In this document: positions 53,814-57,852 of the stretch, piece after piece
Layout: each line of letters begins with the position of its first letter
How positions within the stretch are numbered: position 1 is the first letter of the stretch
Assembly (NCBI GenBank): GCA_046714395.1
Contig: JBKKBB010000072.1
Span: 1 to 57,852 of the forward strand
Direction: 5' to 3'
Length of the DNA: 57,852 bases
Source: Candidatus Limnocylindrales bacterium
GTDB taxonomy: Bacteria > Chloroflexota > Limnocylindria > Limnocylindrales > CSP1-4
Program-made: the position numbers and the translations under genes
Notes under the pieces: model-generated
What the model was told of the DNA's origin: nothing
Databases searched by the model: none
Seen by the model: only the letters and a program-made list of their open reading frames with translations

Positions 53814-54860
53814 TCAGGCCGGCTGCAGGATCGCCCCGACGACGAGCGCCAGATAGGCCAGGTAGAAGACGCCTCCGACGAGGAGGCTTCGGCCGGTCAG
53901 CCGACCCCGCCGGATCATCGGGACGAAGATCACGGCCATCGACAGGAACGCAATGCCGGCGGAGGCGAACGCCACGTACGAACCCGGAGCTATCACCCAG
54001 GCGGATGGGGCAAGAACGAGCGCCACCACGGTCGGCAGGCTTGCCTGGAAGACCATCGCGCCGGTGATGTTGCCCATGGCCAAGGTGTCCTTGCCCTGGC
54101 GGACCCAGATGATCGAATTGAACTTTTCCGGTAGTTCCGTCGCGATCGGGGCCACGATCAGCGCGAGCAGCACTTCGGACACGCCGATCGACGCCGCGAA
54201 GTGCTCAACCGCACCAACGAACGCGATTGCCCCCACGATGATGAAGCCCAGGGCCGCCACGACCTGGACGTTGACGACCCGGAGGCGGGGCGGTCCGGGC
54301 GCCCGCCGGTGCGACGGATCCAGGCGCCGGAAGCGCAGCGGCGCAAGATCCTCCAGATCCACCTCGGGGTCCGCCTCGAAGTGGCGCTTGACGTAGAGGA
54401 CGTAGATCAGCACCAGGACGCCGGCAACGACGAACTTCGGCCAGGCCGGTTCGAGCGGCAGGAGGGCGGCCCCGATCGCCAGTCCATAGGCGATCGCGAA
54501 CGTTCGAACGTCGAGAGCGAGGACGTTCACGTCGACGGCCATGACATCGCCGGCCGGACGTCGTCTGGCCTGCCACATGACCGCAGCCCCGGTCACGAAC
54601 ATGGCCAGCGTGGCGAGCATGAACGGTGCCCCGAGGATCGCCCCGACCCCGATTCCCGTGGTGGCTGCCCCGTCGGCGAAGGCGATGGCAATGACCGGGA
54701 TCATCGTCTCCGGCAGCGCCGTGCCGACGGCTGCGAGGACGGACCCTACGGCGCCCTCGGCCAGGCCGAGTTTTCGTCCGAACCACTCGATCCCGTTGGT
54801 GAACAGCTCCGCGCCCGCCAGGATGAGGACGAACGACAGGAGCAGGATGGCGAGATCCAT
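53814..54860 (-). CDS. CaCA-family cation:calcium antiporter (YrbG-like)
   Basis: ORF 53814..54860. ~10 TM. Alpha-repeat motifs AVGTALPETMIPVIA and GNITGAMVFQ. Confidence 0.85.
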   Translation of the reverse strand: MDLAILLLSFVLILAGAELFTNGIEWFGRKLGLAEGAVGSVLAAVGTALPETMIPVIAIAFADGAATTGIGVGAILGAPFMLATLAMFVTGAAVMWQARRRPAGDVMAVDVNVLALDVRTFAIAYGLAIGAALLPLEPAWPKFVVAGVLVLIYVLYVKRHFEADPEVDLEDLAPLRFRRLDPSHRRAPGPPRLRVVNVQVVAALGFIIVGAIAFVGAVEHFAASIGVSEVLLALIVAPIATELPEKFNSIIWVRQGKDTLAMGNITGAMVFQASLPTVVALVLAPSAWVIAPGSYVAFASAGIAFLSMAVIFVPMIRRGRLTGRSLLVGGVFYLAYLALVVGAILQPA

Positions 54861-54863
54861 GCT

Positions 54864-55244
54864 TCAGGCTCCCTGGATGCCGAGGGCCACGCCGGCCGCA
54901 ATGACGGCGAGCACCAGTATGGCCACGGCGGCCATCGCTCGATCGCCGGCGCGCGCGTAGCCGACGGCAGCAAGGACAACACGAGCACCAGGCGTGGCGA
55001 GCACGACCAGCAGGCCGAACCACAGGAACCCCGCCGGTCGAGCGGCCAGGAGGTCTGCTACCACTCGTCCCGGATCAAACGCAGGCGCCACGTCCAGCGG
55101 CGATCGTCCGGTGGTGAGCATCAGAATGACCCCGATCGTGATCAACACCATTGCCGCGTACGTCCCGAACCGGAGCAACCGCGCGACCCCGGCCTCGGGC
55201 CCAGCGGATCCATCGTCGCGCTCCGGGAGTTCCACTCGGCTCAC
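54864..55244 (-). CDS. DUF1634-like small membrane protein
   Basis: ORF 54864..55244, 126 aa, 3 predicted TM. LRFGTYAAMVLITIGVILML pattern. Canonical position directly downstream of a TauE/SafE gene (GTGA overlap). Confidence 0.6.
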   Translation of the reverse strand: MSRVELPERDDGSAGPEAGVARLLRFGTYAAMVLITIGVILMLTTGRSPLDVAPAFDPGRVVADLLAARPAGFLWFGLLVVLATPGARVVLAAVGYARAGDRAMAAVAILVLAVIAAGVALGIQGA

Positions 55245-56065
55245 AGGACGCCCGCCGCGCGACGGAGCATCTGGACGGCCGTGTAGAGCAGCACGACCGT
55301 GAACAGGGCGCGCAGCAGGCGAAGGTTGACGCGATGGGCAATCCGCGACCCGACCGAGGTGCCGAGGAAGACCCCGACCGCCGTCGGGCCGGTGGCGAAT
55401 GGATCAATCCCGCCGCGGATCAGGTAGATAAAGGCGCCCGTCGAGGCGGTGATCCCGATCATGAGATTGCTCGTGGCCGTGGCCACCCGTAGCGGCACGC
55501 TCATCAGGACGTGCAGGACCGGCACCTTGATCAGGCCGCCACCGACGCCGAGCAGCGCGGAGGCGACGCCGGCTCCGACGCTCCCGAGCAGCCCCGGCCC
55601 AAGCTGCCGCACGCGGTAGTCCGGACCGGACAGGCGATCGAGGAAGCCCGAACTGGGCGCCGCCAGCGAAGACCCGCCGACGGGCGCCGGCGATTCCTGG
55701 GCTGCGACCCGTGGGCGAAGCATCGAGACGGCGACGTAGACGAGGAGCACCGAAAAGAGACCGGCGATGATGCGCTCGTCGAGCAGGAATGCGACCAGGC
55801 CTCCGAGCAAGGCCCCCACGGCCGTGAACAGTTCCAGGGTCATCCCGAGCCGGAGGTTGGCGACCCGCCGCTCCAGGAAGACGCTGGCCGAGGCACTGCT
55901 GGTGACGATCACGCAGACCAGGGAAACGCCGATCGCGTCCCGCAGCGGCAGGCCGAAGCCCAGCGTCAGGAGCGGGACGATCAGGACACCGCCGCCCAGG
56001 CCGAGCAACGATCCGAAGACGCCCGCGGCGACGCCGCCGGCCAACATCAGGACGGCGATCTCCAT
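55241..56065 (-). CDS. TauE/SafE (DUF81) family anion exporter
   Basis: ORF 55241..56065, 274 aa. ~8 Gly-rich TM helices with internal duplication (GSLLGLGGGVLIVP / ALLGVGGGLIKVP). Confidence 0.85.
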   Translation of the reverse strand: MEIAVLMLAGGVAAGVFGSLLGLGGGVLIVPLLTLGFGLPLRDAIGVSLVCVIVTSSASASVFLERRVANLRLGMTLELFTAVGALLGGLVAFLLDERIIAGLFSVLLVYVAVSMLRPRVAAQESPAPVGGSSLAAPSSGFLDRLSGPDYRVRQLGPGLLGSVGAGVASALLGVGGGLIKVPVLHVLMSVPLRVATATSNLMIGITASTGAFIYLIRGGIDPFATGPTAVGVFLGTSVGSRIAHRVNLRLLRALFTVVLLYTAVQMLRRAAGVL

Positions 56066-56109
56066 CCGGTCAGCCGAATGCCGTCATCGAAGCCGCGAGG
56101 GCTCCCGGG

Positions 56110-56376
56110 TCAAGGCCGCAGGTGTTGGGGCGCGTACGGGAGCAGGGCCACGATCCGCGCCCGCTTCAGGGCAACGGACAGCTCGCGCTGGTGGCCGGCA
56201 CAGGTGCCGGTCTTGCGGCGCGGCTCGATCTTGGCCCGCTCCGACAGGTACCGGCGCAGGCGGTTGACTTCCTTGTAATCGATCTGAACGGTCTTGTCGG
56301 CACAGAAGGAGCAAACCTTGCGACGGCGTCGGTCGCGGAAGGTGTCGTCTTTCTTGCGGGAACGAGGTGGTGGCAT
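56110..56376 (-). CDS. rpsR: 30S ribosomal protein S18
   Basis: C-terminal 88 codons of ORF 56110..56562: [60 protein letters not shown] 56376 with AGGAG upstream. The longer ORF overlaps ssb. Confidence 0.93.
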   Translation of the reverse strand: MPPPRSRKKDDTFRDRRRRKVCSFCADKTVQIDYKEVNRLRRYLSERAKIEPRRKTGTCAGHQRELSVALKRARIVALLPYAPQHLRP

Positions 56377-56428
56377 CGGGTTGGGTCTCCTCGGCGCCCG
56401 GGTCTGGGCGCCAGCTGGGTGGACAGGG

Positions 56429-56881
56429 TCAGAAGGGGAGTTCGTCGATCTCGGTGTCGTCGAAGCGCGCACCGGGGGGAGCGCCCGATGGATCGGCGGC
56501 TGGCCCGGCGGCGGCGCCGGCCGGAGCTCCGGCAAACCCGGCCTCCTGCTCGCGACGATCAAGCGGGATTACGTTGTCCGCGGTGATCTCGAGCGACAGG
56601 CCCTTGCGCCCGTCCTTGGTCTCGTACTCGCGAGATCGGAATCGTCCGTCGACCAGGACGCGACTCCCCTTGCGGAGCTGCTCGGCCGATCGCTCGGCCC
56701 GATCTCCCCAGACGCTGACGCGGAACCAGTCGGTCGCCTCGACCCACTCTCCGGTCTGCTGGTTCTTGGTCGCCTGGTTGACCGCGACGCTGAACTCGGT
56801 GACAGGTTTGCCATTGGGGGTATAGCGGAGTTCGGGATCCCGCCCAAGGTTGCCGATCACCTGGATCTTGCAGAACGCCAT
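56429..56881 (-). CDS. ssb: Single-stranded DNA-binding protein
   Basis: ORF 56429..56881. OB fold ([20 protein letters not shown]), Gly/Ala/Pro linker, acidic tip [19 protein letters not shown]. Confidence 0.93.
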   Translation of the reverse strand: MAFCKIQVIGNLGRDPELRYTPNGKPVTEFSVAVNQATKNQQTGEWVEATDWFRVSVWGDRAERSAEQLRKGSRVLVDGRFRSREYETKDGRKGLSLEITADNVIPLDRREQEAGFAGAPAGAAAGPAADPSGAPPGARFDDTEIDELPF

Positions 56882-56892
56882 CGCTCGCCTCC

Positions 56893-57312
56893 TCAGTCGA
56901 TGGCGGCCGGGGCCGCCTCGCTCTCGGACTCGTCAATTCGCTCCGTCTCGTCGTCTTCGTCCTCGTCGTCGGGCGAGGGAAGTTCGGTGTCGTCGGAGTC
57001 GCCGCCGCCGCCGCCGGATCTGGTCGGACGATCCTGGCGGGTGATCAGGTGGCGCAGCACTTCTTCGGTGATCAGAAGGGTTCGCTCGATCTCGGCGATC
57101 GTCGTGGCCACGCCCTCGAACAACACGATGTGGTACGAGCCCTCGCGGTGGCGATCGATCGGGTAGGCAAGGCGACGGCGGCCCCACGGGGCGACCTTGA
57201 TGATCTGCCCGCCATCCTCGGTGATCTGTCGGGTGGCGCGATCAACGATCGCGGCGATTCGCTCGTCCGGCGCGTCCGGGCGGAGCACGAGCATGAGTTC
57301 GTATCGGCGCAT
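56893..57312 (-). CDS. rpsF: 30S ribosomal protein S6 with acidic C-terminal tail
   Basis: ORF 56893..57321 (TTG). MRRYELMLVLRPD from ATG 57312 matches S6 N-termini, and GGAGA lies 9 nt upstream. Confidence 0.93.
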   Translation of the reverse strand: MRRYELMLVLRPDAPDERIAAIVDRATRQITEDGGQIIKVAPWGRRRLAYPIDRHREGSYHIVLFEGVATTIAEIERTLLITEEVLRHLITRQDRPTRSGGGGGDSDDTELPSPDDEDEDDETERIDESESEAAPAAID

Positions 57313-57381
57313 GGGCCGCAATCTCCTTCCAATGGGTATGCCCCGATGTCCGGCGGACGCGGAGCGGAAAGGTGGGCCGGG

Positions 57382-57390
57382 AGTCTACCA
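57382..57390 (-). promoter_or_regulatory. Candidate extended -10 promoter (TGgTAGACT) for rpsF-ssb-rpsR
   Basis: Minus strand TGG-TAGACTccc at 57390..57382. ~60-nt leader to ATG 57312. Confidence 0.4.
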
Positions 57391-57466
57391 CGAGGTCCGC
57401 GTTGTATCCTCAGCAGCCGTTGGCCATGCGCCGTTGACGGTTCACGGATTGTGACGAGGGACAGTC

Positions 57467-57852
57467 TTGGCTACCAGCCGGATCCTGCTCATTTCGGACG
57501 CGGGTGACACCGCGGTCGTGGACGCCCTGAGGGCGTCCGGCCATGAGACAACACTGGTCGGCGACATCCCCGCGGCCCTGGCGTCCGGCCTCGATGCCGA
57601 CACGGTCGATGTCATCGTGCTTGACCTTGATGGTCCGGTGCCCATGGCCGTCGAGGCCTGTCTGTCGCTCCGTGCCGTGGTCACCCTGAGCGCGCTTCCG
57701 ATCCTGTGCATGAGCCAGACGGACGACGTCGAGGATCGCATCCAACTCCTCGAGGCCGGTGTCGATGACGTGCTTGCGCGACCATTCGATCCTCGCGAAC
57801 TTGACGCCCGCGCCGAGGCGCTTGCCCTGCGCCTGCAGCGTTCCCGCGATCT
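57467..57852 (+). CDS. Response regulator, receiver domain (5' part; continues beyond the right edge)
   Basis: Not in the ORF track (no stop). My translation from TTG 57467 (GAGGGA 7 nt upstream): (M)ATSRILLISDAGDTAVVDALRASGHETTLVGD...VDVIVLDLDGPVPMAVEACLSLR...LPILCMSQTDDVEDRIQLLEAGVDDVLARPFDPRELDARAEAL. This is the CheY-like fold with acidic pocket and phospho-acceptor Asp. Confidence 0.8.
   Translation, partial: MATSRILLISDAGDTAVVDALRASGHETTLVGDIPAALASGLDADTVDVIVLDLDGPVPMAVEACLSLRAVVTLSALPILCMSQTDDVEDRIQLLEAGVDDVLARPFDPRELDARAEALALRLQRSRD

Noticed and set aside
57433-57466. TTGACG hexamer upstream of the response-regulator start as a -35 element.
   Set aside because: No acceptable -10 (TAnnnT) at 16-19 nt spacing before TTG 57467, so the promoter cannot be placed.
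1-57852. Search for CRISPR arrays, tRNA/rRNA/tmRNA/SRP RNA genes, transposases, integrases, phage genes, toxin-antitoxin pairs, restriction-modification or other defence genes.
   Set aside because: None seen. Every gap is about 205 nt or shorter and is accounted for by promoter, leader or terminator elements. No gap shows tRNA-like cloverleaf features (GTTCGAATC-type T-loop and so on) or spaced direct repeats. No ORF shows DDE, tyrosine- or serine-recombinase or nuclease-NTPase defence signatures. The only repeats are the short in-frame tandem repeats reported.

Overview
High-GC (by eye about two-thirds or more G+C; not computed), very gene-dense window. I call about 57 protein-coding genes, all but three on the minus strand. 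Many are joined by 1-, 4- or 8-nt start/stop overlaps. Content is almost entirely core housekeeping. In transcription order (right to left): rpsF-ssb-rpsR, TauE/DUF1634/CaCA transporters, ilvE-GT2, (LCP gene on + strand), ileS-lspA-rluD-gmk-priA, small hypothetical, def-fmt-[XDH-family Mo subunit]-rlmN-rpe-PAP2-dtd, (rpmB on +), Asp23-DAK2(YloV-like)-recG-rsmD-coaD, coiled-coil protein, yceD-rpmF-plsX-Asp23-nusB-acpP-rnc-smc-ftsY-[lipoprotein]-ffh-[DUF3352-like]-rpsP-KH-rimM-trmD-rplS, rnhB, yraN, rpsB-tsf-pyrH-frr-uppS-cdsA-dxr-rseP-ispG, nusA (partial). A response-regulator receiver gene starts at the right edge. This order is strikingly collinear with the Bacillus subtilis chromosome despite the high GC, suggesting a high-GC Terrabacteria lineage (Chloroflexota or deep Actinomycetota; not determinable here). 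I saw no rRNA, tRNA, CRISPR array, transposase or integrase, prophage, toxin-antitoxin or recognisable defence gene. No intergenic gap exceeds about 205 nt. I therefore do not see convincing evidence for a discrete novel multi-gene system in this window. The leads worth a second look are smaller in scale: (1) a terminator-like hairpin+U7 that seems to sit inside the nusA 5' leader; (2) a recurring TAnACT -10-like box in eight intergenic gaps, including an apparently leaderless def; (3) a probable CTG-initiated coiled-coil gene; (4) two exported proteins of unknown function interleaved with ftsY/ffh/rpsP; (5) an orphan XDH/CoxL-family molybdopterin subunit translationally coupled to fmt; (6) Rpe with a ~115-aa C-terminal extra domain; (7) in-frame tandem repeats at the rnc/smc junction. 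The many long antisense ORFs in the track look like high-GC artefacts. Start codons are often uncertain because the ORF track evidently extends to the first ATG/GTG/TTG.
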